Below the pieces are notes generated by a model, which searched no databases, was not told where the DNA came from, and worked only from the letters and a program-made list of their open reading frames with translations. Positions 38,211 to 51,170 of a stretch of 64,000 bases of DNA are shown here, one piece after another; positions within the stretch are counted from its first letter, which is position 1; each line of letters begins with the position of its first letter. The stretch spans positions 1-64,000 of the forward strand of contig DF237067.1 in the NCBI GenBank assembly GCA_000708835.1, given 5' to 3'. This DNA comes from Klebsormidium nitens (lineage: Eukaryota > Plantae > Klebsormidiophyceae). Position numbers and translations under genes: made by a program.

Positions 38211-41200
38211 CTACTCGATGTATGCCACAACGACCGTGATATCATCTGGCTTGCCCCCCAGGTGCTTATACCCCGCAGCATCCGCTTGGACAGCAAACGG
38301 TGAGAGCCCCCCCTTGAGCACGGACCGTTGCTGAGCGAATGCGGCAATCTGCTGAGACGCCAGCTGTGGACTGACCCCCTTGCTCTTGAGGATGGCGGCT
38401 GCTTCCGCAATCTCCCTTTCGAAGAGATTATCGTGGAGGCCATCCGTTCCGAGAATAAGAAGATCACCCCGCTCGACTTCGACCTCGTAGTCCTGCAGAG
38501 CCACCACGGCGGGCTTAGGCGGATCACATCCACAACTGGGGATGTCGAGGAACTACTTCGAGGGACCGGCCATGGCGCTGGTCAGACTTTAGGGTTTCGA
38601 AAACTTGCAACACACGAAAGACGTGTAGGAGACATCAAAGCCTGACTGGTCAGCGTGTGACGAAGAGCAGGAGCTCGAACGCCGAGCTGGGCTTGTGTCG
38701 GCAAACCTTACCTTGGCTGCGTCAGGATCGTCTCCGCCTTTGCTGCCAATCTGCCAGGCAACCAACCCACACCGGATTCAGTCCATCGAGCAGGAGAGTC
38801 CTTGACTCAGAGAGCTTTGACCAGATCCAGGCTGCAACAACCAACGGGGAGCTGGAGCGGACCAGAGCAGGTACGCTGGACGTTGCCCAGGTCTACTTCC
38901 AATGCTGAGCGAACGGAAGGAGAGACAGTGCAAATTCAGCCTCGAGTCTTCGCACAGAAAGTCTCGGCCCATCTCCGCTCACCGACCTGAAACGGAAAAT
39001 TGAAAGCGTGCTGCATCTGCGTTGACGCCAGAGCGACCTGGCCATCCCTCACGAGCAGGAAGCCGCTGTCCCCCAGGTTGGCAACGCGGAGCCGCTGCAC
39101 ACATCCACCACAGCAGGGTCAGAATGGGCCGGCAGGGGGGAAGATGTACCTGCCAACCAGTGAGGCGGATAGCGAGACACGAGCAACCGCTGGAACAAGA
39201 CTCGTTGGATCCACACACGTCTCTCATCCGGCCCCAGATGGAGGTAAAGAAGTATGCTTGACTCACATTTCCACGAAGCCGTGCCACCATCGCTGCACAA
39301 GCAAAGGTCACAGGATCAGGCAAGTGGACCGTACTGATTCTCCGTACTGATTCTGTTCGCAGAAAATGGCTGTGAGAGCGGGGACAAGGAGAAACAGTCT
39401 TCGCAGGATCGGAGCCGGGAACTTGTTGGAACGGTGGTGACGTAAGGCGGCGAGTTGGATTCGACCGTTTAGTGGACTCGAGGATGCTCAATTTGACGAT
39501 TATATCGACACCCTGAATGAAATCTGCACAGATTGTGCCTCGTGGACTCCTAGGCATAGCCGTCGGATCTTGCTCCGAGTCCTAGGGGAAATCAAGGGCT
39601 AAAAGCACCACCGTGGCACCAAACCCGACACCAACCAACAGCGGCCCCAGTTCCAATCGTGCCAACACTGTTTCTCCTTGTCCCGGCTTTTTCAAATAAG
39701 ACGATGACTTTGACAGGTCACTTCGAGCACAACAATTCGCACAAGCTACTCAAATGGCACCCTCCTGGGGGCAGCGATTGAGGCTCACAGCAAGTGACAC
39801 GCCCAGAGCTTTGTTGGTTTGCACATTTGACATCAAGTACCAGGAAGCCCTAGAAAGGACACTTGATCCGTCTGAGAGAGTGGTGGCGCGGCCACTCACC
39901 GGTGGCGGAGCCGGTGGCCTTGGTCATCTTATGTGCACGTATGAGCATGCTGCGCGGCAGGATGTCGTCGCCCGCCAGCCGCTGGCAGTGGTACATCAAC
40001 TCCCGCGAGTACAGCCCCGCATTGATGCCTGCACGCCAGCCCCGCGCTCAGGGGCCGGGACAGGGAGCAGCAACGAGGAGCGCAGCGGCGACATCCCCGA
40101 AGCAGTGACCTCTGCAGCCAGGATGCAGGCAGCATGTGCAAGGTGGATGCGGGTAGGTGAAGCGCTGGACTAGTGCTCACCTAGAGTAGCCCAGCCCCCC
40201 ACTCCGTCGCTGACCCCTACGTAGCTTGACTTCCCGTTTTCGGTACAAAAGAAGGCGTCCTCGCCGCCCTTCTCAACCTGCCAAAAACAAGACACGGATC
40301 ACACAAAGACCAGGGCCTGTTCTGCAACACCTGACTCGTGCTGCCGTCATGCACCTCTCCAACCCAGTACGAAATTGTCTGGACATCCTTTTGCACCACT
40401 CCTTGCCAACTGAAACCCCTAAGTCGGAGCGCCTCGCCTTACCTTGGCTGGGTGCGGCAGCGATGATCCACCAGAATTGAGCCGCAGCGAAGGGCCGCTC
40501 GACTCAACCACACTGCCGCCCTCGCTGCTGGCGGTCAAACTGCTGCACCAGGAGGGGCGATGGGCGTCAGGCGATCGCTAGCCCTCACCCCACAAGTTCA
40601 GCACAGGGCATTGCAGACTGGGAAGGAGCGTGCAACCACTGGCTCTGAGTTCAATTGACCAACCGGTTCCTTCGATCTTCACGCGGGGATCGCAAGACAC
40701 AAGGACGATGCTCATTCCCCCTGCACTTCCAGTGATGCCTTCTGCCAACCTTTGAGCTGCATCTGCTTCGACCGGCAAGTCCTCCTCTGCTTCGTCCACT
40801 CCTTGGCTTGCCTGGAGCTCCGTACTGGCTGCGATGCTCTCAGGTGGTGCCTCCTCCGCTGAGGGGGCACCCCGCACAAAGGCGTCCAGCGGATCCTGCT
40901 CCGGCCGCTCAGCAGCGTCCCCAAAGTCAAAGATGAAGCTCCCATCGGCGCACTCTGCAGTGGCAAACCATGCATGCATAAAGGAACGAGGTCATACTGG
41001 CGGCCTTGACGAATGTGGCTGCTCTCTTCCAGAATTCCAAGGGTTGCCTGACCAACGTGCGCCAGGACCTGCATCGCTGCCACCACCAATGCAGCGCGGT
41101 GTCTCACCTCTGACCCGGATGATGACTGGCCCCGTCTCATTCTCCTCCAATGGCCTGCTTTCGACCACATGGTCCTCCAGCTGGTGTACAGCTTCCTCTG

Positions 41201-41630
41201 TCGCCCCCTCTGACTTCGAGCGCCCCTCCTGCGCCAACGCGGCCACAGCGGACGTGCTCGCAGACGGCCCCTGCCGACCAGTCCCCAACTCGCGTGCCTG
41301 CAATCGTTCAATGTGAGCCCGCCCTCGCCTACCTATACAAACCTGAGCCGTTTGCTGCAAGCTTCTTCGAGCTTGGCAGCCTGGCCCCGCTGTTTGCCTG
41401 GACTGTCCATGGAGGTCTGGAAGGTGGCAGTGCCGTCTGGCCGCTGCTAAACACACGCCAGGGCACGTCTCTGCTGAAGGCACATGTAGCGCAGCGCCAC
41501 CACGCCTGCTGCAGGGCCACAGCGATAGGCTGCCCTCCGGCGCTTTCAGAGGAGAACCAGAAGGACCACAGCGCGAGTGCCGCAGAAGTACGTACTCGCG
41601 GCCCAAGGCCAGTGCGGCGGCACTCTGCAT
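38211..41630 (-). CDS. Protein phosphatase 2C, PTC7/PBCP-like clade, with a long acidic N-terminal extension and possible transit peptide
   Basis: SLPHPAK|[10 protein letters not shown]...[13 protein letters not shown]|[12 protein letters not shown]...TGSAT|A...[13 protein letters not shown]...QHAFNFPFQ|IG...[16 protein letters not shown]...[18 protein letters not shown] at 41630 is inferred. Confidence 0.9.
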
Positions 41631-42273
41631 TTCAAGGTTGATCCTGCCGTGGTCTCTACAGCGACAAGAGTCCGCAGTAAAATGAGACTGACCTTTCCGA
41701 TTGACCGATTCGTATACAACTAGCATGCAAATCTCGTCATTGTTCCAACCAGGTGCAACTAAGACGACCTAGAATGAAGCAACTGATGCTGCGTGCAAAT
41801 GAGCAAGGCTGCCTCTGCTCAAAGTCAAACCATCCACGTATTAACGAGTGCGCGGGCAACGGCGCTTGGTCTTAATTCGGTTGACGTTTCTCCCCCGCAC
41901 TTCAGCAATATAGCCTTAGGTAGTGCCACTGCCAGCCTGAGTGGCTCAGCAATCCTTCCTAGGTAGCTCTCGTCCTTCTCGCGTCTCCTTGGAAGTTGAA
42001 AGATGAAGGGGTTGTCGCACAGTAAGGTACGTACCGCGCTGGCTTGAGCTCTCACCCCGGTGATAAGCGGCTACAACCAATCAGGAAGATAGCGCAAGGA
42101 CATCCGGCCAGGGGGCTGCCGGTAAACTTTAAAGCCTGTTGCCCTCCCCGGCCTCAGGAGGCGGTCCCTAACAGGTAGGAACCGGCTTTCTCAGACCAGC
42201 TCGGCTGAGCTTCTGACACTGTCGCACCTACCCGGACCGCAGCTCGTTGTCAAAAGGATCGAGGCTGATCGCC

Positions 42274-45054
42274 ATGGCGGGTTACCCCTCCCCTCCGCCG
42301 CCGGCCCAAGCCCCTCCTGCTGCTCCTGCCCCGGGACCTGCACCAGCAATTCACCGTCCAACGGCAGCAGCAGCAATCCCCGATAGAGCAACGGAAGCCG
42401 CGCCTGCTAGCAGCTCTGCGGAGGGATACGCCTACCCGTACCCCCCTCCTTTCCCTGGCCCTCCGTTTGGGCATGGCCCCTGGGGAGAGCACCGCGGGCC
42501 GTGGCACGGGCGGCACCACAAGCACCACATGGGCCATGGCCATCACGGCCACCATGGCCGGCCCCCGCGTCCCGACTTTGACATGTCGGGTTACTCAATG
42601 TACTGGGAGCCCCCACCCGGTTGGCATTCACACCCTGGCCCCCCACCCCCCTTCCACCCTCCCCGCCCGCCCCACCCTTATGCTGCTGCCGCATTCCATC
42701 ATCCTCCGTGGGGCTCTCCTGCCACCTCCGTTCCTGGCCCATCTGGCCGCACTGCCGAAAGCACAGACCCCACGGAAGCGAGCACTGCAGGGGAGCAGTC
42801 CAGCGTTGGAGCACCTCCCGACGCAGGCAGGCATGCCTCACACTTCCGCCCCTTGAAGCCCAGGAAGGGGCACTCCTCCACTCCAGCAGATTCCAGCTCG
42901 CTCGCCCGCACCCCTTCCCTGGTGGCAGAGATTGTGTCGCGTGTCACGCAGAGTTTGCTGGCCAGCGCGGGGGCCAATGCAGCCAAGCAGGGGGCAGACC
43001 AGGACGCCGCCGCAGCATCGGGTGGGGCGTCTGTTGCCCGAGGCGCAGTGCTGCCCATCCCGGAGGAGCTGCTGCAGTCAATTCACCAGCTGCAGGAAGG
43101 CCTGCGTGCGCGGGGGGCCCCCTCCGGTCCTGAGAGCGAAGCCGCCAAGCTGCTGGCTCAGCAGAAGCGGCGGCTGCGCAAGGGCAAGCTGGGGAAAGCC
43201 CCCTCGCTGCACAAGCGAACCCTCTCCCAGTTGACACCCGACGGGCCTGCCGCTTCCAGGGACACCGCAGGGCAGAGCACGCAGGAGGCTGCCCCGTCAG
43301 CAGGTCCCCCCTCGGAGGCCCCCGAGACAGGGAGTGCCACACCTGCCGCGTCGGCGCCGTCCGTCGCCCCAGCCCCAGCTTTCAGCGCACCGCCTCCTGT
43401 GAATCTGCTCCCTCGGGTGCCCCTCGGCACATCCGTTGCATCCTCCGACCGCAGGCTGGTGCCCCTTGCGCCTGCCCCCAGTGGGGCTGCCAGCCAGAGC
43501 ACGGGGCCGTTGGGAGGGGGGGGCTCCGCGCTGGTGGTGGACCTGCGGCCCAAGAAGAAGCGCGGGCCGCCGGCCAGGCAGCCAAAGGACCCTGCGGTAA
43601 GCAGCCAGGGGGGGGACTCTATCGCCGCAGCTTGTAGACGGCTGACATTGAAGAGTTACTTCTGGCAGCGTTAGACAGCGCATGTGAGTCGACATTCAGA
43701 TATGTCAAGCGCCAGGCCTTTGCCCCTGCGCGTGCTGGCAATTCGATCAGTCAGTTGCTTTGCTGACTGTTTCTGGTCCTGCTTGGCCGCTGTGCGTGCA
43801 GGAGCGCAAGTCGCTGGGGCGACCGCGCAAGCCGCTGCTGGCGATGAAGTGCAGCAAGGGGGAGGGGCTGCAGGGGCGCAAGTCGGGCGCCATCCGCAAG
43901 AAGCTGCGCGTCTTTGGCCAGAAGCTGCAGGCACTCGTGGCAGAGCAGCTCTATGCAACCACCCCCGACAAGTGAGCGCGCAACCACACTGCAACCGTGC
44001 GGCCAGCAAACATGTGCCGGGCAGGGAGTGCTCTGGCATTGCAGCGAGGTTGGCATTGTTAGACTGCATACGGGGACGCTGTCAGTATGCGTTCAGCTGG
44101 GGGAAAGAATCCTACTAGGTGTCAAGTAGCGGTGTCAAAATGGGCTTCTGTTCAAGTAACCTTTGCCTGTTTGCCTGTCTGGCATCTCGGTGTACCATCT
44201 CACTGGGACTGCAAGTCGAGGGACCTCCACCAGTGCCGCTCGCCACAGTCGCTTCAAGGTTGCCTTCAGGGGCTCCAGTCTCGTCATGGGTTTACTTCCT
44301 GTCAACCACACCCTTTAAGTCTCGCCTTGATATCCTCCCTTCGTTGACCCCTCGAAAAGGATACCCTGTTCCCATTGCGCGTCCTGCGGGTGGCTGGGGA
44401 AGGAGCGAAACCGCTGATTGTGCAAGCTCCGTGTTTGTGCGCCAGTTTGCCCAATTCTGCGCAGAGCTGCGGCCTGATCGTGCTGGCTGGGCATTGCAGG
44501 ATTGAGCGTGCTCAGATGGAGGAGGCGTTCACGTTGATGCTGACGCACAAGGTGTGCGGGGTGCGCTCGTCCGCGGTCATGCAGCTGCTGGACGGCAGCG
44601 TCTTCTCCAGGGACCGCATCGACATCCCCGTCGAGGAAGCGGTGAGGCGCCACCCCGCTGTTGGGGCCAAAGTGTCATTTGACACGGGTAGCTCTCAGCT
44701 GCGACTTCGCTTGTTGGCAACTGCCTTCCGCCTGAGTTCAGATGACCCCTGATGGCTGACTCGCATTCAGGCGTGACTAGCGGCCGCCTGAATTTACGAA
44801 ACGCCTCCTGACTGGGTCGCCAGGCCGAGCACACAGGTTTTTCGGCGTGGTTCCTCGTGCCCAATGTGTCTGCGTTCTTTTCCCTGCAGCCCCCCAGCAA
44901 GAAGCAGAAGAAGGGCTTGAAAGGGAGGAAGGCCACAGAAAGGAGCGACTCCCTTCGGACGGCAGCAGTGGAAGAGCAGGCCGGCAGCCAGGGGGGAGCG
45001 GGGTTCGAGGCGATGGAGATGTCACAGGATGGCCAACAGGAGGCTGCGGGCTAA
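42274..45054 (+). CDS. Uncharacterised low-complexity protein (Pro/His-rich N-terminus, AT-hook-like GRPRK, basic NLS-like tracts); 4 exons
   Basis: Long exon 42274-43596 (PKDPA|gtaagc), then phase-consistent exons ERKSLGRPRK...TPDK|IERAQMEEAF...IPVEEA|PPSKKQKKG...AAG*. Confidence 0.7.
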
Positions 45055-46445
45055 AGGTGTGTCCAAAAAGCGCAACAGGGTGGGGCAGAACGACCTGTCT
45101 CCCTCCCTCCAAATATTTTGCACTATGTATGAGATATATCAGCAGGCGGCAAGGACAAAACCCAATATGGACTGTGAGAATTCTAGCGCAGGCCACGTTT
45201 AAACTATAGCGCATTCTGTCGAGATAAGCAACTCGCTACTGTAGCTGGCTCCTGACTTGTATCATTGTAGGGATGTCTACTGACAGAATCACAGCCTTGA
45301 CCTAGACCCTTGCATCAATCTGTGCCTTTACAATGAACGTGGAACTTTGGATAAGACGATGTCGATCAAGATTTTACGACGCTGCACGTGCGGGATGACT
45401 TAGTACACAGGTCATGCAGATGGTCACTTGCAGATGATTCCAAGCGTTCAATGTACATCGAACCACCTTCTTCTGCCCGGCCTTTGTGAGGAACAAATTG
45501 TTTTAGGGCCACCGCCTCAAACATCGAATTGGTCGGAGTTGAAAGCGCTTTTAGTCTTTGACAGTGATAATTGTGTTCAAGCTTCACCCCAAGATATATG
45601 GGAATTCGATGACTTCATGTAACGTTCTTAATGCTGCACGGAATCATCAGAGTTGCAACCGATGACACATGGGCGATATACCCATCTTGATAAGGATCAG
45701 ATCTATTCCTCCGGCCGCCCCCCACATGCATGTGTGCATATCACCTGCTCATTAGCGCAAAGGCTACATCATTGTGGCAGCGGATCATGTGAAGATGGTG
45801 CATGACGGCGCGGGCTAGGATTAAGCGGCCTGCCCAATTCTGGATCCCAGCAGGGAACTCCCATCAGTACTCAGGACGGTCACTAGTTAGACCCATCTGT
45901 AACATGATAGAGATGCAGATGGATAAATACCGACCTTTGATTGGTGTGCGCAGCATTCCGCCAGACCATGCAGGTCAAATTTCATTACTGTTCAGTGTAG
46001 TAGAAGGATTTATTGATGAGGAACTCATGCAAGGAGTCTCGTTATTTGCATATGCATGAACGCACATATATGCACCTGTGCAGGAATATGAGTCTTTCCA
46101 GCTGTTTGCGCGTGCACAACATGACAACGGTCGATGCAGCTGACTTCTTGCAGAAGGGATCAAACACTTCGACGCCCTCAAGTCAGTCTTGCCACATCTA
46201 CGATGTGCAAGGTACTCCACCACCTCTGCGCCAATCTTGCCAGTGCCACTCTGGATCCATGGATACGCCAGACGGTTACGCAGATCCCTGTCTACCATTT
46301 CTGCTCGAAAGGTCTCGGGTGCATGCGCTTTCTAACCGGCTTTGCCGCTCCCAAGCAGGAACCACTGGCTGCGGCCCATTACGGTTCTGGAGACCGCACT
46401 GGTGAGCTCAACTCGCTGTACTTCCGCCTCTTTGTGCTCACCTTT

Positions 46446-49400
46446 CTACCTGAGCGGCTTCAAAGTCCTGTTCCCTTGCCCCCTCGGGTTCTCGTCTTTC
46501 CAGTCGTCCCAGTTCCGAGCCTTCATCTCCGCTTCCTCATCGTCGCTCGCATCCGCATCCTTGGGTTCCACCCCCGATGCGACCGCTGCAGCCTTGTTGG
46601 CATCCTCTATTGTTTGCATGACGTTTAGCTCGTACTCCCCCGCCTCCTCTATTGTGTAGTCTGGTAGCGCATGACTAGGCTGGAACACCTGCGCTCGCAT
46701 CTGCTCCCGCTCGCCACCTTTGAAGGCGCCCGTCAGCGCATTGCTCACCTGCACACGGCAAGCCCGGCGTTAGACACCTCTGACGACCAGTTTATGTGTC
46801 CAGCAATACGGACGAAAAGGGTTCACAGACGAAAAGCAACCTTCTCGTACTGCGCGTCGTTAAGAAAGTGGTTTGTTTCCAAGGCACGGCAGCTGTCGAG
46901 TTGCAGGCGAATCGGAGCACTGCTATCAAGTGTGCTGACTGCCGGAGCGACAGGGTATCATAATGAAGTCCTTGCGCGGCCAGGAACGACTCGCCAGCTT
47001 CGTCTGCCACCCTGCTCGGCGGCACTTTAAGGGGTTTGCCGACTTCCTAAGCACCTCAGAACGAGTCACCACCTCTGGTGATCAACGATCACACTCCTGA
47101 GCTGATTTTGCCAAACATTGCAAAGTTCGGTGCAAGTGACAGAACCAATCCATGACCATGGCGGATCGACTTTTCCACTCAAATTCAAACCGACGACGCA
47201 GAGACTGAAGGGGTCAGCGGAGGCGCCAGCCACCGCCAGCCGCGCAGCTCCTCACCGGTCCGTACAGCGGTTGCTGGTGCCCGCACGTGTGCACCGACAC
47301 GAACGTCCTGCCCTTCCCCGCCGCCGGCCCCCCCCCCGCCTCCTGCTGCACTGCGTCGTGCGCGCGCATGTGGCGCTCCTCCGCCTGCTTCTGCCGCTCG
47401 TCCAGCGCGGCCTGGCCCTCCTCCCCCGGCGGCGGCGCGCTGGCCAGCAGCTGCTCCTCCTTTTGCAGCGCGGCCAGACTGTCCATGGCGCGGTGCGTGC
47501 CCGCCTTGAGCTGCAGCAGCCACACGCGCCGCTCCTCCTCTTCGTCCGTCACGCCCTCCTCCTCCTCCTCGCGGCTGCCCGCCTCGCCGCTGCCGGCGCG
47601 CTTGCCCGCCACGTGCAGCCGGTTCTTCTTCTGCGCCAGCAGGTCGGCCAGGGCAGTCTCCGCCGCGCGCTTCTCCTTGAACCGGCTGATCTGGACGGCC
47701 AGGGAGAGCAGTGCAACAGGAGTCAAGAGGCAAACAGGAAGGATATACGCATCGTTGAGCTGGACAATGATTAGAAAGAACCGCTTGGCATTGCAGGCCG
47801 TTCATTACTCGGGGCTTCAGGCCAGGAGCAGTCTGCATGGCTTGCTAGTCCAGGCCGAGTTACGGGCAGCACTCTTTACAAGTCTAGCACAAGCACAACC
47901 GTCCAACAAACTTTTCGGCCTTTCATTGCTGAGACGATCCTGATACGTTCACTGCCTGGGGCCGGCCTGGTGCAGAGCATGCTCACTTTTTCGGATCTAA
48001 GGGTGGCGGGGTCGGCGGCCGCCTCGCGAGCGGCCGCTCTCTTTTCAATGTCGGGCAGCAGCCCCAGGCGGTCACATGTTCGCACAAACTCCTGAACAGC
48101 CACCAAAGTGATCAAGCGGCGAACTACAGAGTCTTTGATTGGAGCCAACCGGGGCATCAAGATCTTCTGGCAACAGCATCGGCCTCAGAACGGGTGGAGC
48201 TTTTTGACGTCGAGGCCAACTCCAGGCGGGCAACAAAAGTGGACGGTTCCGAAATTTGGGATCAGCAGGCCACTTGTTTCAGACCTGCCAAGAAGCATCC
48301 GCCCTGTTCGTCCTTGTCTTGCCCCCACAATAAATTCAGACTCTCTGAGATCTTGCAAGCTGCATGACACACTGCAAAGCCGATACAATTTGCCGCACCC
48401 AAGTCGACCAACGTGTTGACAAGTGGATACCTTCTTGCAGTCAAGGAACCGCAAGGGCGCTCACCGAGAGGTGAACTCGCGCCAATCGGACAGCTTGCAG
48501 GCGGTTTGGCAAGACGAGCTGCTGATAGAGCTCGCCCAGGTAGAACGGCACCTGAGGGAGGGGCCAGCAAGGAAATTGCCACGTCGGGACTGGGCACTAA
48601 CGGTAACAGATTCCAAAGATGCCTCTCCAACAAGCAGCACCACACGATGGGAACCAACAGTGTCACCTTTCACCCGATTGCTTGCGGACTGCAACAAAAT
48701 AGATTCCAGAGGATGCTAAGGTCTGGACTTCAACAATCACGGTTGTTGTACAGCGAACAAAGAAAGATAAAAAGGACGCAATCATTCCAAAATACTCAAA
48801 AACGGATGAGACCAAAGCTTAAAAAGCTCTCTCATTTTCTCTCCTAGCAAAGATCTAACTTTCACATTCTCTTTGATGACTTTAATGTACAAGCAACCAC
48901 GTTTGAGGGTTTCTTGCAGTCATCCTCGACTTGCATGGGGCTATGCTGTGCACTGCCCTCCATCTACTTTCATGAAGCGGAAGCCCAATAATCTCAATAT
49001 CATAAACAGACTGGAGAGTGACCCGAGCAACAAGTGGAGGGCTCGAAAAGCAGAGGGCTCCGGCCGGCAGCTCCTGAGAAGCAGCGCCCGCAACAAGGGC
49101 ACCAATTCAGAAGTTGGGGGTTGGTCGGTCTCTACAACAGCAGGACGCAGTCTTCAAGTTAATCACTTGTGTGAAGGTGAATTGCAGAACTCCTTGCGCT
49201 GATAGGGGCACAGCACTTTGCTGCCCCACATTTCCCAAGAGCCTTCTGAGGTGCGAGCGGGCTCACCAGGAGATACTTGAGATCCACGGTGGCGATATCG
49301 TCTTTCTCTTCATTCTTTGAAAAGAGGCCCAAGCGGTGCACCTGCACCAGGCACTGCTGCAGCGCCTGGCACCCCGCTTTGATCTCCGCCTGCACCACAG

Positions 49401-50020
49401 GAACACCGCCCTTGAGTTGCTGAGGCTGCTGAGAAACATGAAGGGCTGAGATGCCGACTTGCAAGCAATATCTGCTAGTTTGAGACATTGAAAAAGCGGG
49501 AGTTTACTGTTAGCTCCGTCAGCAAGTCTGCTCCCCTTCTTGTTAATCCCTCATCATAGAAACTTCGCATAGAGTATCTAACCACAACAATGGGAGGCGT
49601 CTCCAAACCCAATAAGCAATGGAAAAAAAGTCGAAGTTTCTTGGTTAGGCTCGTATGATCTTGCAAGGCCGCTGACAAGCACAAACGTGCTGGTGAGGTG
49701 GTGTGTAATTTCTCATCTCTATGTAAGCACGTCCGCAGATCATTGATATACTGTCGTTGAACGATAGCCAACAGGGATGGTTCTGAAAGAAAGATCCACT
49801 GAGAAGCCACTTTGAAGGGGCCACAATGTTAGGGCATCCAAACTTCATTCCTCCTCGAGTTTTATGCACCAACTTAATCATTAATGTTCCAACAAATCAC
49901 CTGTGCTTCCGAACTTGCTGAAGCGAACCCCTCCGCCTTTGCCTGAGCTTCCCGTCCCCTCCTGAAGAGCTCCGGCAGTGGTACATCCTCCTGAATAGGT
50001 TCCCCTACTGAAGCATCCAT
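46446..50020 (-). CDS. TAP46: TAP42/alpha4-family PP2A regulatory subunit
   Basis: DVPLPELFRRG; LGLFSKNEEKDDIATVDLKYLL|VPFYLGELY; DPATLRSEK|ISRFK; VFQPSHALPDYTIEEAG; KARNWDDWKDENPRGQGN. Confidence 0.95.
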
Positions 50021-50194
50021 TGTAAGGGCGTCTTAGCGGACCTTGAGAGATACTTTCAGCGCCCAATCTTGGTTGTCTGGTTGCCCCGTTCCTCCTGAGT
50101 CCTGCGAGGCTGCGCCCATGCGTGCCTCAGGGTTCGAGCTGTGCTAGTCGCGAGTACGCGCGCGTCGTCTGGAAGCCGCTACCGGCCTACCTAT

Positions 50195-50226
50195 TCCGTC
50201 ATGCCGTCATTCCGTCATGCCGTCAT
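50195..50226. repeat. 4 x 8-bp tandem repeat (T/G)CCGTCAT (TGACG core on the minus strand) upstream of TAP46
   Basis: tccgtcat gccgtcat tccgtcat gccgtcat, about 175 nt upstream of the TAP46 ATG. Confidence 0.85.
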
Positions 50227-51170
50227 GCACGATTGATACGGAGAACCAGCGGACTAGATGCCGCAAATCTTAAACGCATGTCTATTACAGTAAGTAAGGA
50301 CTCTATTTATTAACGTAGCCCAACGCGTGTGCCCGGTTGACTTGTGTTTCTTGTGTTTCCATCGAGCTCGCATTTCGAGCCTGCGAGCTCATGTGAATAA
50401 CGTTTCGGCACGCATAGTATATTGCGCGAGCCCCCGCGAGCACATGGAGGTGGCCGCAAATGGTCTTCGTGGTGCCGTACCTTGAGTTGAATCGCATTTT
50501 GTGGAAGCTCCAGCTCGCAAGCACTACGAAGCATGACCATAACAATGAGGTCGTACTAACTTAAGAAGCCAATGCTTCAACCTAACTTAGACGATCAGGT
50601 CGATATGCTTTTCCTTAATACAACATGAAGCACGTTTGCCTGCATCAGCGAGCACCGTTAACATGGGCCAAAGCACAATCATATCAAAACCTCGCACATC
50701 CTCATATATGGACCACTGTTCCGAAGTTCGTTGAAAGTTCCTCAAAAGCTCTTCCATGACTTATTGCCTACGCTATCGCCCAATCCACATTCCTTGAAAG
50801 CTAGCTGCTGCGAGCACCAACTGGCGAACACCTACCTGGATGTGAATCTTCAGTGAACATTCTGCCAACCCTTCCCTGACCTTTGCTCTCTGATTATTGC
50901 CCGTTGATCCCTCGACAAATATATTTTCTACCTGGTGCAAGCTGCCTAGACTACTGCTATGCTCGCTTAGTGTACTGGTAAGTGCCTGTTCTACACTCCT
51001 GAGAATTGAGTGAGACTCCTTATTTCTATGGTCATCTTCCTAAACCTTGGCTGTGACCAACATACATGAGCAATATAATCAATACCCTCGATGTCCGAAG
51101 TGAACGGCCTGAATCCTAACGACACCGCTGGCAAATGGTACATATGTCACAGGAGCTTACAAAGGTGTGT

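Noticed and set aside
46203-46250. GTGKIGAEVVEYLA, a Rossmann-like motif on the minus strand
   Set aside because: Isolated motif about 200 nt after the TAP46 stop (likely 3' UTR) with no supporting flanks.
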